NCBI GenBank assembly: GCA_025362195.1
Contig: JANYHV010000020.1
Span: 1-61,219 of the forward strand
Origin: Fimbriiglobus sp.
GTDB lineage: Bacteria > Planctomycetota > Planctomycetia > Gemmatales > Gemmataceae
Length of the DNA: 61,219 bases
Reading direction: 5' to 3'
Positions 18,942 through 27,788 of the stretch are shown here, piece by piece (the first letter of the stretch is position 1; the number at the start of each line of letters is the position of its first letter). The translations under genes and the position numbers were made by a program. Below the pieces are notes generated by a model. That model saw nothing but the letters and a program-made list of their open reading frames with translations, was not told where the DNA came from and did no database searches.

Positions 18942-19919
18942 ATGCCCGCCACCCCCTCCCGCCGCGACGTTCTCCTCGGCACCGCCGCCGTCGCCGTCGG
19001 GTCGGCCGCGGTGTCGCCGGCCACGGGGACGGAGCCGAAGCCGGCGGCGTTCGGACTGTGCCTGAACACCAGTACCGTCCGCACCGCCGAGGGCAAGTCG
19101 CGGCCGCTCGTCGAACTCATCGACATCGCCGCCAAGGCGGGCTACCAGGCCATCGAGCCGTGGGTCTCCGAGATCGAGGAGTACGTTAAGGGCGGCGGCA
19201 CCCTGCCGGACTTGAAGAAGCGCGTCGCCGACGCCGGCCTGGCCGTGCCGGACGCCATCGGCTTCGCCGAGTGGATCGTCGAAGACCCGGCCCGCCGTCA
19301 GCGCGGCCTCGACCAGGCCAAGCGCGACATGGACCTCGTCCAGCGCGTCGGCGGCGTCCGCATCGCCGCGCCGCCCGTCGGGGCGACCGGCGGGACCAGC
19401 AAGCGCGACGACGGCAAGCCGTCCGAACCGGTCGTCGATCTGCTCGCCGCCGCCGACCGGTACCGCGAGTTGTGGGACCTCGGCCGGACGATGGGCGTGA
19501 CGCCGATCGTCGAAGTCTGGGGCTTCTCCCGCACCCTCAAGCGGCTCGGCGAAACCCTCCTGGTGGCCGCCGAGTCGGGCGTCGCCGGCGCGGCCGTCCT
19601 GCCGGACGTTTACCACCTCTACAAGGGCGGGTCGGACTTCGCCGGGTTGAAGCTGCTCGCGCCGGCCGCCGTCGGCATCTTCCACGTCAACGACTACCCT
19701 CAGATCGACCGCGGCAAGATCGGCGACGCCGACCGCGTCTACCCGGGCGACGGCGTCGCCCCACTGGTCGAGATTTTGAAGGGCCTGCACGCGACCGGGT
19801 ACGCCGGCTACCTGTCCGTCGAACTGTTCAACCGCGGCTACTGGAAGCTCGACCCGCACGCCGTGGCCCGGACCGCCCGCGAGAAGCTGCAAGCGGTGGT
19901 GGCGAAAGCCGTGGCGTAA
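18942..19919 (+). CDS. Sugar phosphate isomerase/epimerase (xylose isomerase-like TIM barrel) with Tat signal
   Basis: SRRDVLL twin-arginine signal, AGYQAIEPW, EVWGFS, DVYHLYKG, HVND, DRVYPGDG, SVELF. Confidence 0.88.
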   Translation: MPATPSRRDVLLGTAAVAVGSAAVSPATGTEPKPAAFGLCLNTSTVRTAEGKSRPLVELIDIAAKAGYQAIEPWVSEIEEYVKGGGTLPDLKKRVADAGLAVPDAIGFAEWIVEDPARRQRGLDQAKRDMDLVQRVGGVRIAAPPVGATGGTSKRDDGKPSEPVVDLLAAADRYRELWDLGRTMGVTPIVEVWGFSRTLKRLGETLLVAAESGVAGAAVLPDVYHLYKGGSDFAGLKLLAPAAVGIFHVNDYPQIDRGKIGDADRVYPGDGVAPLVEILKGLHATGYAGYLSVELFNRGYWKLDPHAVARTAREKLQAVVAKAVA

Positions 19920-19920
19920 C

Positions 19921-20964
19921 TCACTTCTGCATTACCAACCACGCGACCAGCACGTTGCCGACCTCGGCCGTTTGCGCCGGCGAAATCTTGTCCGGCGTGT
20001 CGGTCAGCTTGTGCCAGTGCGGGTAGTCGAAGTCCATCACGTCGATGGCCGGGATGCCGGCCTCGTTCAGCGCCAGGTGGTCGTCGGACACCTGCACGGC
20101 GCGGGCGAACCCCTGTTCGAGCTTGAACGACTTCGCCTTCTGCTTCTCGGCGATCTCCCAGACTTGCCGCACCAGTGCCGGGGCGAACTGCCACGAGTAC
20201 CCCTCGACGCCGAGGCGGGCGTTCTCCGCGCAGCACAGGTCGAGCAGGATCGCGGCGGCGTACTTGTACGGCAACTTCGCCTTGGTCTTGGCGTACTGCT
20301 CGCCGAAGTGCTCGCTGCCGAAGAAGTACTTGTCGCCGTCGCGGACGTACGGCACGCCCACGTCGAAGATGTACTCCTCGCCGTCGAACAGGACGAAATC
20401 GACGCCGACGTGCAGCGGCAAGTCTTTCATCTGGTGGGCGAGCTCCATCATCAGCGCGACGCCGCTGGTGCCGTCGTTGGCGCTGGCGAACGGCCGGGAC
20501 CAGTTCTCCCGCTTCGGCTCCTCGTTGGCGAGCGGGCGGGTGTCGTAGTGGCTGCAGAGGATGACCCGCTTCGGCAACTCGGGCTTCCACGAGAAGACGA
20601 GGTTGGTCATGGCGACGTTCTCGGCCTTGCTCCGCTGCCGGGCCGCGAACTCTTGCTTCGTCGTTTTGGCCCCGAGCGCCTCGAAGTGCTTGACGAGGAG
20701 TTCCTGCTGCCTGGCCATGCCGGGCGTGCCGGAGATGCGCGGGCCGATGTCGCACAGGAGCTTGACGTACCCGACGGCCCGCGGGCCGTCCACGGCGACG
20801 CCCGGGCCGGCCGCGGCTTTGGGCGCGCGGTCCTCGGCGAAGCCGTCGCGTTTCATCGGTAACTCTTTCTTGTCGTCGGCCGCGTCGCCGGTCGGCGGGT
20901 GCGGGTCGCACCCGGCCACGCCGAAGACGACGGTCAAAGTGGCCCACGCGGTCCGTCGATTCAT
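19921..20964 (-). CDS. M28 family Zn metallopeptidase / glutaminyl cyclase-like lipoprotein
   Basis: Lipobox VAGC, SHYDTR, ANDGTSG, FDGEE, ILLDL, DDH, WHKLTD. Confidence 0.88.
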   Translation of the reverse strand: MNRRTAWATLTVVFGVAGCDPHPPTGDAADDKKELPMKRDGFAEDRAPKAAAGPGVAVDGPRAVGYVKLLCDIGPRISGTPGMARQQELLVKHFEALGAKTTKQEFAARQRSKAENVAMTNLVFSWKPELPKRVILCSHYDTRPLANEEPKRENWSRPFASANDGTSGVALMMELAHQMKDLPLHVGVDFVLFDGEEYIFDVGVPYVRDGDKYFFGSEHFGEQYAKTKAKLPYKYAAAILLDLCCAENARLGVEGYSWQFAPALVRQVWEIAEKQKAKSFKLEQGFARAVQVSDDHLALNEAGIPAIDVMDFDYPHWHKLTDTPDKISPAQTAEVGNVLVAWLVMQK

Positions 20965-21523
20965 GGCAACTCCTCCGGCCCGCCGGGTCGCGGGATTCCC
21001 CGCAGTTTACCGGGTCGGGGGGGCGAAAGATAGTCGAGCGAACCGGGCGGAATCGCTCTCGACTTCCGGCCGCCGCGACGCTATCCCCCGGCGACTCGAA
21101 GTCACCGGCCGCCCGGCCCGCTCCGTCGGGGGACGGGGCAGCCGCGGAGCGATCCGCGGCCGCGGGAAGGCGTGCGGGTGACGCCGAGTGTTTGGCCCCG
21201 GGGGTCGGGTTTTTCGCGGGCTTTGAGTCATTGCCTCAAGGCCGGGAAGCCGATACCGGGTGTACCGATCGAGGGGTTCCCGCCCCGAGATCGGTGGGGG
21301 AGAAGGTGGACCACCGGCCCACCGTCGTGCGCGGCACGTTCGGACCCCGGACCGCGATTATCTGGGCTCCCGGCGCGACACGCCGTGGCCCCGAGACCCG
21401 CCCCGGGCGAATGATGCGAACGCACGCGGTCGGACCGACGCGAGGGGACGCCGGGCTTGCACTTTTTGCAACCCCGGCAGCGCGTCGCGGGGCGGTGGCC
21501 GGCCGATCATCAGGGAGGATCCG

Positions 21524-22303
21524 ATGGTGACCCGTATCGACGCGGCGGAGATTGGCCAAGTGTGGCGCGACTACCGGGCCTGCCCGACGGTCGAGCTCCG
21601 CAACCGTCTCATCGAAAATTACCTGCACCTCGTGCGCTACAACGCCGAGCGCATCTGGCAGCGCCTCCCCGACGGGGTGGACCTGGACGACCTCATCAGT
21701 TCCGGCGTGTTCGGCCTGATGGACGCCCTGGACGCCTTCGACCTCGACCGCGGGGTCAAGTTCGAGACGTACTGCGTGCCCCGCATCCGCGGGGCCATGC
21801 TCGACGAACTCCGGACCATGGACTGGGTGCCGCGCCTCGTCCGGTCGAAGCAGTCGAAGCACGACGCCGCGTCCAAGCAGCTCGAAGCCGCCCTCGGCCG
21901 CAAGCCGACCCGCGAGGAACTCGCCGACCGCCTCGGCGTGCCCGTCGAGCAGGTCCAGGCGTACGTCGCCGAGGCCACGGCCGTGAACCTCGTGTCCCTG
22001 AACAAGAAGTGGTACGAGACGGACAGCTTTAAGGACGTGCGCGAAATCGACGTGCTCGAAGACAAGAAGGCTGAAGACCCCACGAACCGCCTGCAGAACC
22101 GCGACCTGATGAAACTCGTCACCCGCGGCCTGAACCGCAACGAGCGGCTCATCGTCATCCTCTACTACTACGAGGAGATGACCATGAAGGAGATCGGCAC
22201 GACGCTGAACCTGTCCGAGTCGCGGGTCAGCCAGATGCACTCGTCCATCGTCGCGCGGCTGCAATCGCAACTCGCCCGCCGCCGCCCGGAGTTCAGCAAC
22301 TGA
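21524..22303 (+). CDS. fliA: FliA/WhiG family sigma-28 factor
   Basis: GGAGG RBS, DDLISSGVFGLMDA, KFETYCVPRIRGAMLDELR.MDWVPR, LYYYEEMTMKEIG..LNLSESRVSQMH. Confidence 0.95.
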   Translation: MVTRIDAAEIGQVWRDYRACPTVELRNRLIENYLHLVRYNAERIWQRLPDGVDLDDLISSGVFGLMDALDAFDLDRGVKFETYCVPRIRGAMLDELRTMDWVPRLVRSKQSKHDAASKQLEAALGRKPTREELADRLGVPVEQVQAYVAEATAVNLVSLNKKWYETDSFKDVREIDVLEDKKAEDPTNRLQNRDLMKLVTRGLNRNERLIVILYYYEEMTMKEIGTTLNLSESRVSQMHSSIVARLQSQLARRRPEFSN

Positions 22304-22351
22304 CGCCGCCGGCATCGTACAATGGCCCTTCGCACCCGGAGGAGCCAGACG

Positions 22352-22786
22352 ATGCCGCGGATTCTGATCGTGGACGACACCCGGCAGAACGCCGAACTCC
22401 TGGAAGCCCACCTCGACGGGCACGGCTACGAGACCCGACTCGCCGCCCACGGCGAGGAGGCCCTGCAACTCGTCGCCGAGTGGCCGGCCGACGTGATCCT
22501 CCTGGACATCATGATGCCGAAGCTGTCCGGCTTCGAGGTCTGCCGCCGCCTCCGGGCCGACCCGGCCACGGCCAACGTCGGCGTGCTCATGATCACCGCC
22601 CTCGACCAACCGACCGACATCGAGCGGGCCGTCGAAGTCGGCACCGACGACTTCGTCACCCGGCCGATCAACAAGACCGAACTCCTCCTCCGCGTCCAGT
22701 CCCTGCTCGCGGCCCTGGCCGAGACCACCCCGACCGACCGCGCGCTGACGTACTACCAGGGCGTCCAGGCCGGCGTCCTCGCGTAA
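22352..22786 (+). CDS. Single-domain response regulator
   Basis: ILIVDD, LLDIMMP (phospho-Asp), MITAL, DDFVTRP. GGAGGAG RBS. Confidence 0.92.
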   Translation: MPRILIVDDTRQNAELLEAHLDGHGYETRLAAHGEEALQLVAEWPADVILLDIMMPKLSGFEVCRRLRADPATANVGVLMITALDQPTDIERAVEVGTDDFVTRPINKTELLLRVQSLLAALAETTPTDRALTYYQGVQAGVLA

Positions 22787-22804
22787 CGCACCCCGATTGG
22801 CACC

Positions 22805-23992
22805 ATGCACACAGTGATTTTGAAGCCGAAGCACGCCTTGCCCTTTTACGCGCGGCACCCGTGGGTGTTCAACGGGGCCATCGACCGCGTCGAGGGCAGC
22901 CCCGCGCCCGGCGACGAGGTCGAACTCGTCGCCTCGACCGGTCAGTTCATCGCCCGCGGCCTGTACAACGCCGCCAGCAAGATTAACGTCCGCCTCTACT
23001 CGTGGGACGCCGACCAGCCGCTCGACGCGGCCTTCTTCCGCAAGAAACTCGAAGCGGCCGTGCGGCTGCGGCACGACTGGTTGAAACTCAACGCCGGGCC
23101 GAACCCCGCCTACCGCGTCGCCTTCAGCGAGGCCGACGGCCTGTCGGGGCTGACCGTGGACCGCTACGGCGACTACGCCACGGTGCAGTTCACCGCCCTC
23201 GGCCTGGCCTCGCGGCGGGCGGCGTTCGGTGAAGTGCTGCGCGAACTCCTCGGGGTCAAGGGCGTTTACGTCCGCACGGAGAAGGGCATCGGCCAACTCG
23301 AAGGCCTCGAACTGCACGACGGCCTGTTGTGCGGGGAGATGCCGCCGGCGGAAGTCGTCATCGAAGAGAACGGCCTGCGCTTCGCCGTGAACCTGACCGA
23401 AGGCCAGAAGACCGGGTACTACCTCGACCAGCGCGACAACCGCGCCGCTGTGGCGAAGCTCGCCGGCGGCCGGCGAGTGCTCGACGCCTTCAGCTATTCC
23501 GGCGGCTTCGGCCTGTACGCCCGGCGGGCCGGTGCGGCCGAAGTCGAGTGCGTCGATGCCTCCGAGCCGGCACTCAATCTCGCCCGCCGCAACGCCGAGT
23601 TGAACGGCCTCGACGGCGTCACCTTCGCCCGCAACGACGTGTTCGGCCACCTCGACCAGTGCGTTTCGGCCGGCCGCAAGTTCGACGTGATCGTGCTCGA
23701 CCCGCCGAAGTTCGCGCGCAACCGCGCCGCCCTCCCCGCCGCCGTGCAGGGTTACCGCAAGCTGCACCAGCAAGCGTTCAAACTGCTCGAGCGCGACGGC
23801 GTCTTGGTGACGTGCTGTTGCACGGGGCTGATCACGCCGGTGATGCTCGAAGAGATCGTCGCCGCCGCAGCCGCCGAGGCACGCCGCGACCTGCAAATTC
23901 TCGAACGCCGCGGTCCCGCCGCCGACCACCCGGTCGCCGCCAGTTGCCGCGAGTCGGCGTACTTGAAGTGCCTCATCAGCCGCGTGGAGTAG
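22805..23992 (+). CDS. rlmI: 23S rRNA m5C1962-type SAM methyltransferase (RlmI family)
   Basis: HPWVF PUA-like start, SEADGLSGLTVDRY, GQKTGYYLDQRDNR, FSYSGGF, IVLDPPKF, ADHP, YLK. Confidence 0.88.
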   Translation: MHTVILKPKHALPFYARHPWVFNGAIDRVEGSPAPGDEVELVASTGQFIARGLYNAASKINVRLYSWDADQPLDAAFFRKKLEAAVRLRHDWLKLNAGPNPAYRVAFSEADGLSGLTVDRYGDYATVQFTALGLASRRAAFGEVLRELLGVKGVYVRTEKGIGQLEGLELHDGLLCGEMPPAEVVIEENGLRFAVNLTEGQKTGYYLDQRDNRAAVAKLAGGRRVLDAFSYSGGFGLYARRAGAAEVECVDASEPALNLARRNAELNGLDGVTFARNDVFGHLDQCVSAGRKFDVIVLDPPKFARNRAALPAAVQGYRKLHQQAFKLLERDGVLVTCCCTGLITPVMLEEIVAAAAAEARRDLQILERRGPAADHPVAASCRESAYLKCLISRVE

Positions 23993-23994
23993 TC

Positions 23995-24867
23995 ATGTCG
24001 CCCGACGAAGACGCGCTCCTCAACGGCATCGCCGCCGACCCCGCCGCCGACCTCCCCCGCCTCGTCTACGCCGACTGGCTCGAAGAGCACGGCCAAGACA
24101 TGCGCGCCGAATTCATCCGCGTCCAGTGCGAGATTGCCAAGCTCGAAGTCGGCCCCCGCGACGCGATCGACCGCAACGTCCACCTGTGGCGACGGCAACA
24201 GGAGTTGCTCGACGGACACATGGACGCCATTTTCGAGGGCGTTGGATTCGTGCCGCGTCATGGGCAAATCCCAGGGCCCCGCTTCTACCGCGGGTTCGTG
24301 AGCGAGATCGACATGACGCTTTCGGACTTCATAAAACATAAAGAAGAGATCATCGAACTGAGGCCCGCCCCAACTGAACTGGCGGTAACGACGAGCGGAC
24401 ACTATGAAGAAATGCTCCGTGGGGTCGGAATACGATTCTGGCGTCTCGTGACGGTGTTGTCCTTTCTCGGAGACGACGCTGATACTTCAGTTACAGATGT
24501 CGGCCCAGATGAGGCGAAACTCTGGCATAGACTCCACACCTTGATAGCTCTCAACGGGACGATTCCCTGTCACGTACTTGTAACGAATTTCGGACTGGAC
24601 GCTCCCGCTTTAAGAACACTCAATATCAACAATTCAATGTTCACAGATTTAGATACAATCAACCTGCTAAATGCCGGCGTACTGCAACGGCTTTCGCACA
24701 TCTCGTTGATCGAGAACGCCATCGGCGACCAGGCGGCGATTGAGATGGCGGACCGTCTCGGCAACAGCCCGAACTTGAAGGAACTCGACCTGCGGCGGAA
24801 CGGCATCACCACCGTCGGCCAGGCGGCGTTGTTGGCGCGGCTGGGCAGCAAGGTGATTCTGTTCTGA
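23995..24867 (+). CDS. TIGR02996 domain protein with C-terminal leucine-rich repeats
   Basis: EDALLNGIAADPAADLPRLVYADWLEEHG..RAEFIRVQC, RFYRGFV, LKELDLRRNGI. C-terminal part of ORF 23329..24867. Confidence 0.9.
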   Translation: MSPDEDALLNGIAADPAADLPRLVYADWLEEHGQDMRAEFIRVQCEIAKLEVGPRDAIDRNVHLWRRQQELLDGHMDAIFEGVGFVPRHGQIPGPRFYRGFVSEIDMTLSDFIKHKEEIIELRPAPTELAVTTSGHYEEMLRGVGIRFWRLVTVLSFLGDDADTSVTDVGPDEAKLWHRLHTLIALNGTIPCHVLVTNFGLDAPALRTLNINNSMFTDLDTINLLNAGVLQRLSHISLIENAIGDQAAIEMADRLGNSPNLKELDLRRNGITTVGQAALLARLGSKVILF

Positions 24868-24875
24868 GTCGGGCT

Positions 24876-26549
24876 TCACTTCGAGAGCGGCTTGATGAAC
24901 TCGACGGTGACCGTCGCGGACACGCGGGTGCGGTCGCGGCTCAGGCGCACTTCGACGCTCCGCCCGGCTTCGAGGACCGGCAGCAAGTTCCCCAGTTCGC
25001 GCGCGATGTCGGCAGCCGGCCGGGCCTCGTAGTCGGCCAGGAACTTCGCCACCTCGGCCCGGTGGTCGCGCAAGTAGGCGTGGCACTCGGTCAGCGCGAG
25101 GCGGAGGAGCGGCGGGTTTTCGACGGACCGGGTCGAGGGCGTGACGCGGACGTCCGGGTTGGTGGCGACGACGGCGTACCCGGCTTCGGCGGCGACGCGG
25201 TACGTCGGCGCGAACCCGGCCGGGAAGCCGCGCGGGTTGTCCAGCGTCGCCCCGTCGGCGGCGTGACGCAGCGCGACCTGGTCGGCGTGCTTGCGGTTGT
25301 ACTCGAAGCGTCCCAGGTGCGCCAGCGCGTCGAGGGCTTGCCGCAACGGCGGGGCGAGTCGCGCGGCGTCGGCCGGCGTCGGGCCGAGGCGCACCGCGAC
25401 GACCGCTTCGACGGTCGCCGCGGTCGCGGTCGGTCGGACCCAGAACGAGACGTCCGGGCCGAGTTTGTCCACAACCGTCGGCCAGTCGTCGCGGCCGACC
25501 GCGGGGGCGATCACGTCGTCGAGTTGCTTGCGGAACTCCTTGCCACCGTCGGGTAAAAACGGCGACGCCACGTCGAGCAGCGTCCGCAAATTGACGCGGC
25601 CGTGGACGGCGAAGAGCGCCCCGGCCGGGGCGACGATGCTGGGCGACGGGCCGCCCGCCGGCGACAAAAGCCGCTGCCACTCGGGCGGTAGCCGGGCGTC
25701 GTCCACGTCCGCGGTGACGCGCAGCGCGAGGGTCGCGTCGGCCCGGGCGCTCAGGCACAGGCCGTCGAGCGCGGCCCAGACTTTGGCGAACTGCTTGTGG
25801 AACGCGCGGTCCCCGGCGTCCGGTCCGCCGGTGGCCCGCTCGGCCCACGAGGCGTCCAGGGCGCGGGGGTTGAAGAGCGCCGCGAGCGTGCTCCGCCCGT
25901 CGTCCAGGGCGAGCCACCTGGGCACCGGCTTGCCGTCCGGGGACTGCACCTTCGTCAAGACGCCGTGCAGGTTCGCCTCGCGGTTGGTGAGCACGAAAAG
26001 CCGCTCGTGGAAGGCGTAGAACTCGCGGCCCTTGTTCGCCTTCTCCCGGACGAAGTAGCGCACCCCGGCGTGCTCGGCGGGCCGGACCGCGGTCACCTCG
26101 CCGGCCGCCTGCTGGGCCTTGTTGACGCGCTCGACGAGTCGCTCCAGGGCGGCCGGGTCACGCGGCCGGACGAACATCGTGCCGCCGTCGGTGTCGGGCT
26201 TGCCGGCGTCGCCGGGCTGGAAGGCGAACACCACCGCCTCGCCGAAAATGTCGTCGCGCAGTTCGTCCGAGGTGACGCCGAGTTGCGCCGTGACGAAGTC
26301 GCGCACGGCGATCAACTTCTCGGCCTCCTTCGGGTCCACGAACTGCTTGACCAGCGGGGACGCCGCCAGCCAGACCGCCATCGGCGACTCGGCGAAGGCT
26401 TTCAACTGCGGGCCGAGGTTGCGGACGACGAACACGACCGTCGCGTCCGGCGGGACGAGCGGCCGGAGGGGGGCGACGGGGTCGGCGGCGAACAGCGGCG
26501 GGCCGGCGCTCATGGTGACGACGGCGATGACAAGGCGGAACGAGGTCAT
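24876..26549 (-). CDS. Secreted hypothetical protein
   Basis: Signal-peptide-like start (MTSFRLVIAVV), typical codon usage, ATGA overlap with the upstream anti-sigma gene. Confidence 0.75.
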   Translation of the reverse strand: MTSFRLVIAVVTMSAGPPLFAADPVAPLRPLVPPDATVVFVVRNLGPQLKAFAESPMAVWLAASPLVKQFVDPKEAEKLIAVRDFVTAQLGVTSDELRDDIFGEAVVFAFQPGDAGKPDTDGGTMFVRPRDPAALERLVERVNKAQQAAGEVTAVRPAEHAGVRYFVREKANKGREFYAFHERLFVLTNREANLHGVLTKVQSPDGKPVPRWLALDDGRSTLAALFNPRALDASWAERATGGPDAGDRAFHKQFAKVWAALDGLCLSARADATLALRVTADVDDARLPPEWQRLLSPAGGPSPSIVAPAGALFAVHGRVNLRTLLDVASPFLPDGGKEFRKQLDDVIAPAVGRDDWPTVVDKLGPDVSFWVRPTATAATVEAVVAVRLGPTPADAARLAPPLRQALDALAHLGRFEYNRKHADQVALRHAADGATLDNPRGFPAGFAPTYRVAAEAGYAVVATNPDVRVTPSTRSVENPPLLRLALTECHAYLRDHRAEVAKFLADYEARPAADIARELGNLLPVLEAGRSVEVRLSRDRTRVSATVTVEFIKPLSK

Positions 26550-27091
26550 CGCGGCTCCTGCGTGGTCACCGTCGAGAGCTGCCGCACGTCTTTCAGGAAC
26601 AGGTTCACGGCCCGCCGGGTCGTCTCGGTCAGCGGGTCGAGGACCGCCACGGAGACCGACGGCGTCGGGAGTTCGACGGGCGGCGCGACGACTTCGACCG
26701 GCTCGGTGCGGGCGGAGAGCAGGTTGCGAGTCGGGGCCAGGGCGGCGTCGCCGGCGCGTTGGGTGACGCTGGCGAAGGCGTCCCGGACGTCGCCAATCGG
26801 GTCGGCGGGTGCGGCCAAGACCGGCACGATCGGAACCGCCTCGACGAGTTCGATTTGACGCCGTGGGCGGAACCCGTCGGCCGCCAGCCCGACCGCGAGA
26901 AGCAGCGCGGCGGCGACACCAAACCGCGTGGCCCACTGTTGCCGGTGGCGGTGCCGGCGGTCCCGGACGACGGCGGCGAAGGCGCGGTCGGCGAAGCCAC
27001 TGGGCACCGCGACCGCGTCCGCGCGGAGCAACGCCGCGAGTCGGCAGGCGGGGCAGGGGCCGGTGCGGCAGTCGGGGCAGGGCGGGGTCAT
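26546..27091 (-). CDS. Putative zinc-binding anti-sigma factor (CxxC-x4-CxxC, single TM)
   Basis: MTPPCPDCRTGPCPACR, VPSGFADR, TM GVAAALLLAVGL. Overlaps the ECF sigma stop. Confidence 0.72.
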   Translation of the reverse strand: MTPPCPDCRTGPCPACRLAALLRADAVAVPSGFADRAFAAVVRDRRHRHRQQWATRFGVAAALLLAVGLAADGFRPRRQIELVEAVPIVPVLAAPADPIGDVRDAFASVTQRAGDAALAPTRNLLSARTEPVEVVAPPVELPTPSVSVAVLDPLTETTRRAVNLFLKDVRQLSTVTTQEPR

Positions 27092-27654
27092 CGGGTCGCC
27101 GGGTGGGGTGGGGGGTCGGTCGGGGGCACGTGGCCGAGGCGCTGCAGTTCGCTCAACACTTCCTGCCGCGCCCGGTGCAGCCAGGTCTTGACGGTGCCGA
27201 CGGGCCGGTCCACCGCCGCGGCGATCTCCTCGTAGGGCAGGGCGTGCTCGTGGAAGAGCAAGAACACCTCGCGGTACTCCGCCCGCAAGGCGTCGATCGC
27301 GTGCCGCAGGGCCGTCGTCAACTCGCCGGCCGGGGTGTCGGCCGGGCGGGCCGGTACGTCGTGCAAGAACTCCGTCGGCTCCGGCAGTCGCGCCCGCTTG
27401 CCGAGCCAGGTCCGGCAGCGGTTCACGGTGATGCTCAGCACCCACGGCTTCAGCGGCCGGGTCGGGTCCCACGTTTTCAGCGACCGGAACACGCGCAGGA
27501 ACACCTCCTGGGCCACGTCCTCCGCGTCGTGCCGGTGCCGCAGCATCTTCAAGCTGACGGCGAACACGTCGGCCTCGAAGCGGGCGATCAACTCGCGGGT
27601 CGCCTCGGGTTCGCCCCGCAGGCACCGGCGGGCGAGGTCCTCATCGCTGGGCAC
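27088..27654 (-). CDS. ECF sigma-70 factor (SigW/RpoE-like)
   Basis: DAEDVAQEVFLRVF..L..WD..RPLKPWV, LPYEEIA..VDRPVGTVKTWLHRAR. Confidence 0.94.
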   Translation of the reverse strand: MPSDEDLARRCLRGEPEATRELIARFEADVFAVSLKMLRHRHDAEDVAQEVFLRVFRSLKTWDPTRPLKPWVLSITVNRCRTWLGKRARLPEPTEFLHDVPARPADTPAGELTTALRHAIDALRAEYREVFLLFHEHALPYEEIAAAVDRPVGTVKTWLHRARQEVLSELQRLGHVPPTDPPPHPATR

Positions 27655-27788
27655 GCCGACCCCCTTGCCCGTGACTACTCGCGTCCCCGGCGGAAAGTTT
27701 CATCCCGGTCATTCGACGGCCGGCTGGCGAGATTTGAAGGGCGACAAACAACGTCGCCCGCCGGAACGGCGGGCGGGCGGGGCGAATC

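Noticed and set aside
21236-21256. Complete sigma-28 promoter (TCAAG...GCCGATAC)
   Set aside because: The spacing of 8 nt is too short for a sigma-28 -35/-10 pair. Only the -10-like element is noted.
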